NCBI GenBank assembly: GCA_963812995.1
Contig: CAWEXL010000005.1
Location: 204,747 to 268,746, forward strand
Direction of reading: 5' to 3'
From: an uncultured Thermoleophilia bacterium
Lineage (GTDB): Bacteria > Actinomycetota > Thermoleophilia > Gaiellales > Gaiellaceae
DNA: 64,000 nt
How positions within the stretch are numbered: the stretch's first letter is position 1; each line of letters starts with the position of its first letter. The position numbers and the translations under genes are program-made. Below the pieces are notes generated by a model. The model ran no database searches, had not been told where the DNA came from, and worked only from the letters and a program-made list of their open reading frames with translations. Positions 11,069 through 20,393 of the stretch are shown one piece after another.

Positions 11069-12061
11069 ATGAGCGAGCTTCGCTCACGGCTTCGCGTCCC
11101 GCACTTCTCGGCGATCTGGTTCGCGACGGCGCTGCTCTTCGCGATCAGCCCACTGCTCGCATCGGGGAGCCTGGGCAAGAGCGCGCTGCTCTCGATGCTC
11201 CCGTTCGCCGCGATCCTGGCGATCGCCGGCATCGGCCAGACGCTGGTCATCCAGCAGCGCGGGCTCGATCTGTCGGTGGCCGGGATGATCACCCTCGCGA
11301 CGATCATCGTCACGAAGGTCCCGAACGGCCACGACGGACGGCTGCCGCTCGCGTTTCTGCTCGTCGCCGTGGCCTGCACCGCTTCGGGCCTGGTGAGCGG
11401 CTTCGCGATCACCCGCCTCGGGGTGACGCCACTCGTCGCGACGCTCGGGGTGAACGCCCTGCTGATGGGGATGATCTTCCAGATCACGAGCGGCGCGTCG
11501 ACCTACTCGGCGACACCCGGGCTCGCCCGATTCGCGCTCGAGAAGACGGCCGGAATCCCGAACACCGTGATCATCGCCGTGATCGCGGTCGCGATCTGCA
11601 CGCTCGTGCTCCGCACGACCGTGATCGGCCGCCGCTTCGTCTCCGTCGGCGCGAACCCGGCTGCGGCCCGCGTCGCGGGCGTCCGCGTGAAGCGGTACGA
11701 GCTCGCCACGTACATCCTCGCCGCGCTGATGTACGGCGTCGCGGGCGTCCTCGTGGCGGGTTACCTCGGCACGCCGGGGATCAACGCGGGCAACGACTAC
11801 CTGCTCCAGACGATCACCGCCGTCGTGCTCGGCGGAACGTCGCTGGCCGGCGGGATCGGCAGCGTCGCGGCCACGGCCGTCGGCGCCCTGTTCCTGATCC
11901 AGCTGCAGCAGGTGGTGTCCGGCATGGGCGCGCCCCGATCCGTGCAGTACGTGATTCAGGGCTCGATCATCGCGCTCGGCATGGCGATCCGGTACCTGCC
12001 GGCCATGCGGCGCGAGGGTCGCCTGCCCCAGCTCGCGAGCCTCCGGAAACGGCAGCCGTGA
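11069..12061 (+). CDS. Sugar ABC transporter permease (ribose/RbsC-type)
   Basis: Intact. It has a multi-helix hydrophobic profile and family motifs (GIGQTLVIQQRGLDLSVAG, RRFVSVGANPAAARVAGVRV, AVVLGGTSLAGGIGS). Confidence 0.85.
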   Translation: MSELRSRLRVPHFSAIWFATALLFAISPLLASGSLGKSALLSMLPFAAILAIAGIGQTLVIQQRGLDLSVAGMITLATIIVTKVPNGHDGRLPLAFLLVAVACTASGLVSGFAITRLGVTPLVATLGVNALLMGMIFQITSGASTYSATPGLARFALEKTAGIPNTVIIAVIAVAICTLVLRTTVIGRRFVSVGANPAAARVAGVRVKRYELATYILAALMYGVAGVLVAGYLGTPGINAGNDYLLQTITAVVLGGTSLAGGIGSVAATAVGALFLIQLQQVVSGMGAPRSVQYVIQGSIIALGMAIRYLPAMRREGRLPQLASLRKRQP

Positions 12062-12203
12062 CTCGCCTCAAAGCTTCGGCATTCACACGTTCGCTCTGCC
12101 TTGGCGGCCGACACGACCCCCGGCCACTCGAGGAGACACACCGGCACGCCGGCACCACCGGCGGCCGAGACCGGAACGACGACCGGGGTCCAAGGAGGGA
12201 TAG

Positions 12204-13341
12204 ATGAGCAAGTCAGGTATCCGGGAGCGCTCGACGCCCCGGACGCGGCGCGGGTTCACGCTCGCGTTGGTGGTGGCGGCGATCGTGGCCGTCGTGGGGG
12301 TCGGCACGTCGGCCGCCATGCGGCTCGCCAGCTGGCCGACGCCGGCGCAGGAGATCAAGTCGGCCGGCATCGTCAGCGGCATCTCGTACTGCGGCACGAA
12401 GCCGATCACCCTCGCAGTGCTCGACGGCTACGGCGTCAACGCCTGGTCGCAGGAGTCGTACACGGCCGTCCGCTCCGAGGCCGCGAAGTGCTCGAACGTC
12501 AAGGTGATCACGGCCGCCGGCGGTGGTGACCTGCAGAAGTCGATCTCCGACATCACGTCGTCGGTCGCTCAGGGTGCAAACGCGATCACGGTGATCCCCG
12601 ACTTCGGCTCCGCCGAGCTGCCCGCGATCCAGCAGGCAACGGCGCAGGGAGTCAAGGTCGTGCCGTGGGGCGCCGATCCGAGCGGTGTCAACGGCAAGGA
12701 CTTCGTCGGCTACGTCGACTGGAACGACGGGTACGCGGGCACGCTGTGGGCGCAGTGGATGGTCAAGGCGCTGCACGGCAAGGGCAACGTCGTCTACACC
12801 GGAGGCCCGGCAGGGAACCCGGTCGGCGCGTCACAGCTCGCCGCGGTCGTCGCGGTGTTCAAGAGCCATCCGGGGATGAAGCTGCTGACCGGCACGAAGA
12901 GCTGGCCCGTCACCAACTGGGATCCGGCAACGGCCCAGAAGGTCACGGCGGCCCTGCTTGCCAAGTACCCGAAGATCGACGGGATCATCTCCAACTACGG
13001 CACGGATGCGCTCGCGAGCGTGCGCGCGTTCCAGGCCGCAGGCAGGAAGCTCGTTCCGATCACGACGCTCGACGCGAACGGCCTCTCGTGCCTGTACAAG
13101 AAGAACGGCCTCCCGCTCTCGACGATCTCGTCTCGCAACTGGCTCGGCCGTGTGGCCGCGCGCAAGGCGATCGCCGCGGCCGAGGGGCTCCCGAACGGCG
13201 AGCCGAACATCTACAAGCTCACGTTCTTCGAGGACACGCTGGGTGGGCAAGCCACTGCAGTGCAACCCGAAGGCGTCGCAGGACTTCTATCCGTCCAACA
13301 AGCTGACGACTGCCCAGATCGCGCAGTACGGGAAGCCGTAA
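12204..13341 (+). pseudogene. Sugar ABC transporter substrate-binding protein (periplasmic-binding-protein type I), frame switch near 13245
   Basis: An N-terminal anchor/signal (RRGFTLALVVAAIVAVVG) is followed by a PBP-like body. The last about 30 aa (KPLQCNPKASQDFYPSNKLTTAQIAQYGKP*) lie in the 12958..13341 frame. Confidence 0.8.
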
Positions 13342-13347
13342 GCAGCA

Positions 13348-14835
13348 ATGGCAGCACCGTCGACCAGCTCCGTCGTTCTCCGCCTCACGGACGTCGTCAA
13401 GACGTTCCCGGGCGTGGTGGCCTTGAACGGCGTGACCTTCGAGGTCACGCAGGGTGAGGTTCACGCGCTCGTCGGCGAGAACGGCGCGGGCAAGTCGACG
13501 CTGATGGCAGTGGCAGCCGGCTCGACGGCCCCGGACTCCGGGGCCGTCGAGATCGGCGGGCAACTGCTCGAGCAAGCCTCCCCCGCCGCCGCCCAGGCAC
13601 TTGGGCTCGCGGTCGTCTACCAGCATCTCTCGATTCTCGAAGACCTCACCGTGTCCGAGAACATGGTGTTCGCGATGCCGCGGCACCTTCGGCCGACCGT
13701 CGCGCGCGCCGCGGCCTGGACGAGGGCGAAGGTCGAGGCGACCGGGGCGCGCATCGACCCAGCGGCACGCGTCGCCGAGCTGAGCATCGCCGACCGGCAG
13801 CTGCTCGAGATCGCGAAGGCACTCGCGCTCGAGTCGAAGGTACTCGTGCTCGACGAGCCGACCGAGTCACTCACCCCGGCCGAGACCGTGCGCCTGTTCG
13901 AGCGGATCCGCTCGATCACCGAGCGCGGCACCGCGGTCGTCTACATCTCGCACCGGCTGCCCGAGGTCGAGCAGATCGCAGACCGGATCACCGTTCTCCG
14001 CGACGGCGAGACACGCGGCACGCTTGCCGCCAGCGAGTACTCCGAGGCCGAAGTCTTGCGCCTGATCATCGGGCGCGCAGTCGATCAGGTGTTTCCCGGC
14101 CAAGAGCCAGGCAGGCCGAGAGCGAGCCTCTGCTCGTCGCCGAGGGGCTCAGCGGCAGCCGCTTTCGCGACGTCGACCTCGAAGGTCGGGGCGGGCGAGA
14201 TCGTCGGCCTCGCGGGCGTCGAAGGGAACGGCCAGCGCGAGTTCCTGCGCGCGCTCGCGGGTCTGCTCCCGGCGCAGGGCGCCCTGAAGCTCGCCGGCCG
14301 CTCGCTCCCGCTCGGCGACCCCGCCGGCATACAGCGGGCCGGGGTCGTGCACCTTCCCGGCGACCGGCACGCCGAAGGGCTGATGCTCCCGCTCTCGGTG
14401 CGCGAGAACATGACGCTGCTCTCGCTCGGAGCCGTCGCCAACCGGGGCTTCGTGCAGCGCCGCGACGAGCGCAGCACCGTCCAGGAGCAGATTCAGCGGC
14501 TCAGCATCAAGACACCGATCCGCCGAGACACCCGTCTCGTCGCTCTCGGGTGGCAACCAGCAGAAGGTTCTGTTCGCCCGCTCGCTGCTTGCCGGACCCA
14601 CCGTCCTGCTCGCCGACGAGCCGACGCGCGGCGTCGACGCCGGCGCGCGCATGGAGCTGTACCAACTGCTGCGGAGCGCCGCCGACGACGGCAAGGCGGT
14701 CGTCGTGCTCTCGTCGGACGTGGTCGAGCTCCAAGGTCTGTGCGACCGGGTGCTCGTGTTCTCGCGCGGCGAGATCGTCCGCTCGCTCGAGGGTGACGCC
14801 ATCACCGAGGAGAACATCACCGGCGCCGCAATCAC
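13348..14835 (+). pseudogene. Sugar ABC transporter ATP-binding protein (two fused ABC domains), several frame switches; 3' boundary unresolved
   Basis: Walker A is GENGAGKST; the signature region is LSIADRQLLEIAKAL; Walker B is VLVLDEPT. The second domain has GLAGVEGNGQ, SGGNQQKVLFARSLL and LLADEPTRGVD. Frame changes are near 14120, 14180 and 14540. No stop separates it from the following permease frame. Confidence 0.8.
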
Positions 14836-15864
14836 GTCTGCGAGCAGTCGCGAGAGCCTGGCTGCCCGGGCCCGGCGGGCGCTGCGAGCGCGGCGGTTCG
14901 CCGCCGGCGACTACCTCCCGTCCGCGGTGCTGCTGGCGCTGATCATCGGACTCGGCGCCTACACGAGCTCTTCGAACAGCCGCTTCCTGAGCAGCTTCAA
15001 CTTCAACAGCATGCTCCTGCTCACCGCGGCGCTCGGCCTGATCGCCCTGGGCCAGCTCGTCGTCCTGCTGACAGGGGCGATCGACCTCTCCGTCGGCCCC
15101 CTCACCGGGCTCACTGTCGTCGTCTTCTCGTTCTTCGCCACCCAGGGCCAGAGCGGCGGCATGCTCCTGCTCGGCTTCCTGGCCGTGATCGGCGTGGCGC
15201 TCGCGGTCGGGCCTCATCGAACGCGACGCTCGTCCGCGTCTTCCGAGTCGCGTCGGTCCTCGCGACCCTGGCGACCTACATCGCGATCCAGGGAGTGGCG
15301 CTCCTGCTCCGCTCGCAGCCGGGCGGTTTCATCCGGCCGGGCGTCACGAACCCGCTGCGGACGAGCCTGGGCTGGTTCCCCGTCGCCTTCATCGTGGTGT
15401 GCGGGCTCGCCCTCGTCTGCGAGCTGGCGCTGCGCTACACCCGTGCCGGCCTGCAGCTGCGGGCGGTCGGCTCGGACGAGACACGCGCCCACCGGCTCGG
15501 CGCGCAGGTCAACGCGACCCACGTCGGCGCCTACGTCCTGTGCTCGCTCTTCGCGGCCGCCGGCGGACTCATGCTCGCCTCGCAGGTCGGGGTCGGCGAC
15601 CCGCGAATCGGCACCACCTACACGCTGACGAGCATCACCGCCGTCGTTCTCGGCGGGGCCAGCATCTTCGGCGGTCGCGGCTCCTTCATCGGCGCGCTGC
15701 TCGGCGCCGTCCTGATCCAGGAGATCATCACGTCGACCACATTCCTGCAGATCGGGATCGCCTGGCAGTATTTCCTGCCAGGCATTCTGATCCTGGCGGG
15801 CGCCGGCATCTACTCGCGCGCCCGGCAGGTTCCGGCCACCGGTACCGGCATGGAGGCAGCGTGA
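14836..15864 (+). pseudogene. Sugar ABC transporter permease (second RbsC-type), frame switch near 15210; 5' boundary unresolved
   Basis: The hydrophobic N-part lies in the 14651..15628 frame (LPSAVLLALIIGLGAY...GAIDLSVGPLTGL). The C-part lies in the 15295..15864 frame (LQLRAVGSDETRAHRLGAQV...AVVLGGASIFGGRGS). Confidence 0.7.
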
Positions 15865-17064
15865 GCGAGCAGCACGTGCGTGAGATCGGAATGCCCCGTC
15901 TGTCGGACTCGATGGAGGAGGCGACGGTGACCCGGTGGCTGAAGCGGCCGGGCGATGCGGTCGCGCGCGGCGAGGAGCTTGTCGAGGTCGAGACGGACAA
16001 GGCGACGGTCGTCTATGAGGCGGAGTTCGCCGGCGTGCTGGAGGAGATTCTGGTCGACGAGGGTGCGACGGCTTTGCTGGGTGCGCCGATTGCCCGGTTG
16101 CGGACGGCGGAGGCGGCTCCGGCCGGAGTCGCACAGCCGGTGGCTGCGGTGGTTGCTGCGCCCGCACCGGTTGCCGCGGCAAGCCGCGAGGTCAAGGAGG
16201 GCCGGGCACGTGCGACACCGGTCGCCCGCAGGCTGGCCAACGACCTCGGAGTCGGCCTCGACGGGATTGCCGGCTCGGGTCCCGGCGGGCGGATCGTCAG
16301 GAGCGACGTGCGCGCGGCTCAGACCGCTGTGCCGGCGGCGCGGCGCCACGCCCGCGGCCGACGGTGGTCGCGGCGCCGTCACCGAGGTGCCGCACACCAC
16401 GACGCAGCGCACGATCGCAGCGCGCATGAGCGAGTCGCGCACCGAGATCCCCGAGTTCACGCTGGAGGCCGAGTTCCGGATGAGCGCCGCCGCAGCGCTG
16501 CGCAACCAGCTGAAGGCGGCGGGACGGCAGCTGGTGCCGTCGTACAACGACCTGATCGTCCGCGCCGTCGCACTGGCGCTGCGCGACTTTCCCTCGCTCA
16601 ACGCGTCGTACACGCCGGGCAAGGTGCTGCGCTACGAGCGGATCAACGTGGGCGTCGCGATCGATGCCGGCGACGCGCTGCTGGTTGCGACCATCCACGA
16701 CACTGACCGCAAGTCGATCTTCGAGATCGCAGCTGAGTCGCGGCGCCTCGCCGAACGCGGCCGGTCGCGCTCGCTGAGCGCGGACGAGCTGGCCGACGGC
16801 ACGTTCACCGTCTCGAATCTGGGGATGTTCGGCGTGCGGCGCTTCCAGGCTGTGATCAACTACCCGCAGGTCGCGATCCTCGCGGTCGGCGAGGTCGCAC
16901 CGCATCCGTTCGCCGAGCCATCGGGCGCGGTCAGCGCGCGGACGACCGTCGACGTGTCCCTCTCGGTCGATCACCGCGCGGTGTACGGCGCCGAGGCGGC
17001 GCGCTTCCTGCAGCGGCTCAGAGAGCTGCTCGAAAACCCAATCGAACTGGTGGTGGAGAGCTAG
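15861..17064 (+). pseudogene. Dihydrolipoamide acyltransferase (E2) of a 2-oxoacid dehydrogenase complex, frame switch near 16340
   Basis: The GTG start overlaps the permease TGA (GTGA). It has a lipoyl domain (MPRLSDSMEEATVTRWLK...VEVETDKATVVYEA), a peripheral subunit-binding domain (ATPVARRLANDLGVGLDGIAGSGPGGRIV) and a catalytic domain in another frame (TVSNLGMFGV..F.AVINYPQVAILAVG...SLSVDHRAVYG). Confidence 0.8.
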
Positions 17065-18030
17065 ATGGCCGAGATCGAGTTCAGGGAGGCGCTGCGGACG
17101 GCGCTCGACGAGGAGCTGGAGCGCGACGAGCGGGTGATCCTGTTCGGCGAGGACGTGGCGATCGCGGGCGGCGTCTTCGCCGTCACACCGGGCCTCTACG
17201 AGAAATACGGTCCACTGCGGGTCTTCGACACGCCGATCTCTGAGCTGGCGATGACCGGCGCGGCGTACGGCGCGGCAATCACGGGCCTACGGCCGGTGCT
17301 GGAGATCATGTTCGGCGACTTCCTCGCGCTTTCGATGGACAGCCTGATCAATCAGGCGACGAAGTACTGGTTCCTCTCGGGCGAGAAGCAGGGCTGCCCG
17401 CTGGTGATCCGCTCGGTCGTCGGCGCCGGTGGGCGCTTCGGCGCGATCCACTCGCAGATGCCGGTTTCCTGGCTGATGGGGATCACCGGGCTGAAGATCG
17501 TGGCGCCGTCGACCCCGGCCGATGCGAAAGGCCTGTTGAAGGCCGCGATCCGCGACGAGAACCCCGTCATCTTCTTCGAGCACAAGCGTCTCTACTCGCT
17601 GAAGGAAGACGTGACGAGCAGTGAGCCCACCCCGCTCGGCAGCGCCAAGGTCGTCCGTGAAGGCTCCGACGTCACGCTCGTCAGCGCGATGAAGGGCGTG
17701 CACGACTGCCTCGCTGCCGCCGAGGAGCTGGCCGGCCACAACATCTCGGCCGAGGTGATCGACCTGCGCACGCTGCGCCCGATCGACCTCGACACGATCA
17801 TGGCGTCGGTCGTGAAGACGAACCGGATCGCCGTCGTCGAAGAAGGGCCGCTCACCGGCGGCTGGGCCGGCGAAGTCCTCGCGCTCGTCACCGAACAGGG
17901 CCTCGGCGACCTCGACGACGCCTGGCGCATCACGACCGCGAACACGCCGATCCCGTACAGCCCCCCGCTCGAGGATGCGTTCCTGCCCGGGCAGGCGCGC
18001 ATCGTCGCCGAGGTGCTCGGCCGGCCGTAG
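17065..18030 (+). CDS. 2-oxoacid dehydrogenase E1 beta subunit
   Basis: Intact 321 aa. The ATG directly follows the E2 TAG. Motifs include FGEDVAIAGGVF, RVFDTPISE, LEIMFGDF and IFFEHKRLY. Confidence 0.9.
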   Translation: MAEIEFREALRTALDEELERDERVILFGEDVAIAGGVFAVTPGLYEKYGPLRVFDTPISELAMTGAAYGAAITGLRPVLEIMFGDFLALSMDSLINQATKYWFLSGEKQGCPLVIRSVVGAGGRFGAIHSQMPVSWLMGITGLKIVAPSTPADAKGLLKAAIRDENPVIFFEHKRLYSLKEDVTSSEPTPLGSAKVVREGSDVTLVSAMKGVHDCLAAAEELAGHNISAEVIDLRTLRPIDLDTIMASVVKTNRIAVVEEGPLTGGWAGEVLALVTEQGLGDLDDAWRITTANTPIPYSPPLEDAFLPGQARIVAEVLGRP

Positions 18031-18036
18031 TCGGAG

Positions 18037-18249
18037 CTACGCGGCTTTGTAGGAAGCTGCTGCCGCGACGGTCAAGCGCGCGATCCGGCTGCGGTACCGG
18101 TCGATCTCGGCGTCGCACACCTGGAGCTCCGCGGCGGTCACGCCACGGTCGACGAAGATCCGGCGCAGGCTGACCAGATCGCGTACGTGCTCCAGGTCGG
18201 TCGCGACTTCGATGTCGACGGGCCTGTGGCTGAGAGTTGCAGTTGTCAT
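18037..18249 (-). CDS. Hypothetical protein (70 aa)
   Basis: Open frame with GC3-rich codon usage, sitting alone between convergent and divergent neighbours. No family was recognised. Confidence 0.4.
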   Translation of the reverse strand: MTTATLSHRPVDIEVATDLEHVRDLVSLRRIFVDRGVTAAELQVCDAEIDRYRSRIARLTVAAAASYKAA

Positions 18250-18353
18250 GCCCTCACCATGGCGGCGCCGGCTGAGAGCCGCATTAGCCGAGCCTGAGGG
18301 TTGGCTAAGAAGAGAGCTTTCAACTGTCGGGTGCGGGGCATAGGGTTGGGGCG

Positions 18354-19616
18354 GTGACAGGGACGCTCTTGACCGGGACGATGGCGGCGCAACGCGGCTA
18401 CGCCCTGGTGCTCGCCGGAGGTGAAGGGAAGCGCCTGATGCCGTTGACGATCGACCGCGCCAAGCCGGCCGTCCCGTTCGGTGGCAACTACCGACTCGTC
18501 GACTTCGCGCTCTCGAACCTGGTGAATGCCGGCTTCCGGCGGATCGCCGTGCTGACGCAGTACAAGAGCCACAGCCTCGACCGGCACATCTCCTCGACGT
18601 GGGCGCTGTCGCCGCTGCTCGGCAACTACGTCACCACCGTGCCCGCACAGATGCGGAACGGGCCGCGCTGGTTCGCGGGCTCGGCCGACGCGATCTTCCA
18701 GAACCTGAACCTGATCTACGACGAGGGCCCGGACTACATCTGCGTCTTCGGCGCCGACCACATCTACCGGATGAACCCGGCCCAGATCGTCGAGGAGCAT
18801 CTCTCGTCCGGGGCCGGGCTGACGGTGGCGGCCATCCGCAGCCCGCTCGACCAGGCCTCTGAGTTCGGGGTGATCGAGACGGCGGCTGACGGGCGCACGA
18901 TCAGCGCGTTCCGCGAGAAGCCGACCGACGCCGTCGGCCTGCCCGACGCACCCGACCAGGTGCTCGCGTCGATGGGCAACTACGTCTTCGACACCCAGGC
19001 GCTGATCGAGGCGGTCACCGCTGATGCCGCCGACGACGAGTCGGCGCACGACCTCGGACGCAACATCATTCCGATGATGGTCGAGCAGGGACGCGCTCAG
19101 GTCTGGGATTTCGAGCGCAACCGCGTCCCGGGGATCTCGGCCCGCGAGCGCGGCTACTGGCGCGACGTCGGAACGCTCGACGCGTACTACGACGCGCACC
19201 TCGACCTGATCTCGGTCGACCCCGTCTTCAATCTCTACAACGACGCCTGGCCGATCCTCACGTTCCCCGGCTCACTCCCGCCGGCGAAGTTCGTCCTCGA
19301 CGAGCCCGGCCGGTCGGGTGCGGCCTACGACTCGATCGTCTGCTCCGGCGTGATCGTCTCGGGCGGCATCGTGCGCCGGTCGATCCTGTCGCCGGGGGTG
19401 CGGGTTCACTCCTACTCGTCGGTCGAGGACTCCGTGCTCCTGCACGGCGTCGACGTCGGTCGCAACGCGGCCGTTCGCGGTGCGATCGTCGACAAGAACG
19501 TGCGAATCGACCCGGGTGCGCGCGTCGGCTTCGACGCGGAGGCCGACCGCAAGCGCTTCACCGTCTCGGACGCCGGGATCGTGGTCATCCCGAAGGGCGC
19601 CCACGTCACCGCGTAG
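18354..19616 (+). CDS. glgC: Glucose-1-phosphate adenylyltransferase
   Basis: Motifs: [40 protein letters not shown]...[10 protein letters not shown], a C-terminal left-handed beta-helix region, and GADHIYRM. The track start is GTG; an in-frame ATG at about 18381 is an alternative. Confidence 0.92.
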   Translation: MTGTLLTGTMAAQRGYALVLAGGEGKRLMPLTIDRAKPAVPFGGNYRLVDFALSNLVNAGFRRIAVLTQYKSHSLDRHISSTWALSPLLGNYVTTVPAQMRNGPRWFAGSADAIFQNLNLIYDEGPDYICVFGADHIYRMNPAQIVEEHLSSGAGLTVAAIRSPLDQASEFGVIETAADGRTISAFREKPTDAVGLPDAPDQVLASMGNYVFDTQALIEAVTADAADDESAHDLGRNIIPMMVEQGRAQVWDFERNRVPGISARERGYWRDVGTLDAYYDAHLDLISVDPVFNLYNDAWPILTFPGSLPPAKFVLDEPGRSGAAYDSIVCSGVIVSGGIVRRSILSPGVRVHSYSSVEDSVLLHGVDVGRNAAVRGAIVDKNVRIDPGARVGFDAEADRKRFTVSDAGIVVIPKGAHVTA

Positions 19617-19619
19617 CGG

Positions 19620-20378
19620 CTAGGCGAGCCCCTCGAGGTAGGCGAACGACCGCGTGACCGCCGCGAGCGCCTGCTCGCCGGGGTGGTCCTGCTCCACGAT
19701 CAGCCACTCGACTCCCACCTCGCGCGCGACCGGCACGATCGACGGCCAGTCGATCTCGCCGTCGCCGAGGGGCGTATCGGCGACCTCGCCGCCGCTCCGC
19801 CGCAGATCCTTGAGGTGCGCGAGCGAGCAGCGGCCGGCCGTGGCGCGCAGCAGCGCCTCGGGCTGCTCGCCGGCTGCCCAGGCCCAACCGAGATCGAGCT
19901 CGAGGCCCAGCCCCGGGATCGCGACCAACCCTTCCCACAGCCGCTCGCCGGAGGGAAGCCGCTCGAACTCGCCGCGGTGATTGTGGAAGTGCGGTGCCAG
20001 CCCCAATTCAGTTGCGCGCACCGCAGCGGCCGCCACCCTCCCGCAAGCAGCGTCGATCTCCTCAGCAGTCGGGAAGGTCGGAAGCCATGGGAACACGATG
20101 TTCGCCGTGCCGACGACGCTGAGCTCTGCGGCGACCGCCTCCGGCTCGGCGTCGAAGCGATCGAGACCGATGTGCGCGGCACAGACTTCGAGGCCCAGCC
20201 GGCGGCAGGTGCTCGCCGTCTCCTCGGCCGAGAGATCGGCAAGCCCGGCGAGCTCGACCCCGCCGTAGCCGATCCCGGCCACCGCTTCGAGCACCGCAGC
20301 CATGCCCTGCGCGGAGTGCCCGCGCAGGGTGTAGAGCTGCAGTGCAACCTTCGGGCTCGCCGCCATTCCGGCGCCCAC
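19620..20378 (-). CDS. Sugar phosphate isomerase/epimerase (xylose-isomerase-like TIM barrel)
   Basis: Intact 252 aa. It has an LQLYTLR... start and HNH/ELD/HLKD motifs typical of the AP-endonuclease-2/TIM-barrel family. The start may be the ATG at 20366. Confidence 0.8.
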   Translation of the reverse strand: MGAGMAASPKVALQLYTLRGHSAQGMAAVLEAVAGIGYGGVELAGLADLSAEETASTCRRLGLEVCAAHIGLDRFDAEPEAVAAELSVVGTANIVFPWLPTFPTAEEIDAACGRVAAAAVRATELGLAPHFHNHRGEFERLPSGERLWEGLVAIPGLGLELDLGWAWAAGEQPEALLRATAGRCSLAHLKDLRRSGGEVADTPLGDGEIDWPSIVPVAREVGVEWLIVEQDHPGEQALAAVTRSFAYLEGLA

Positions 20379-20393
20379 CCTACTGGAGGCTCG

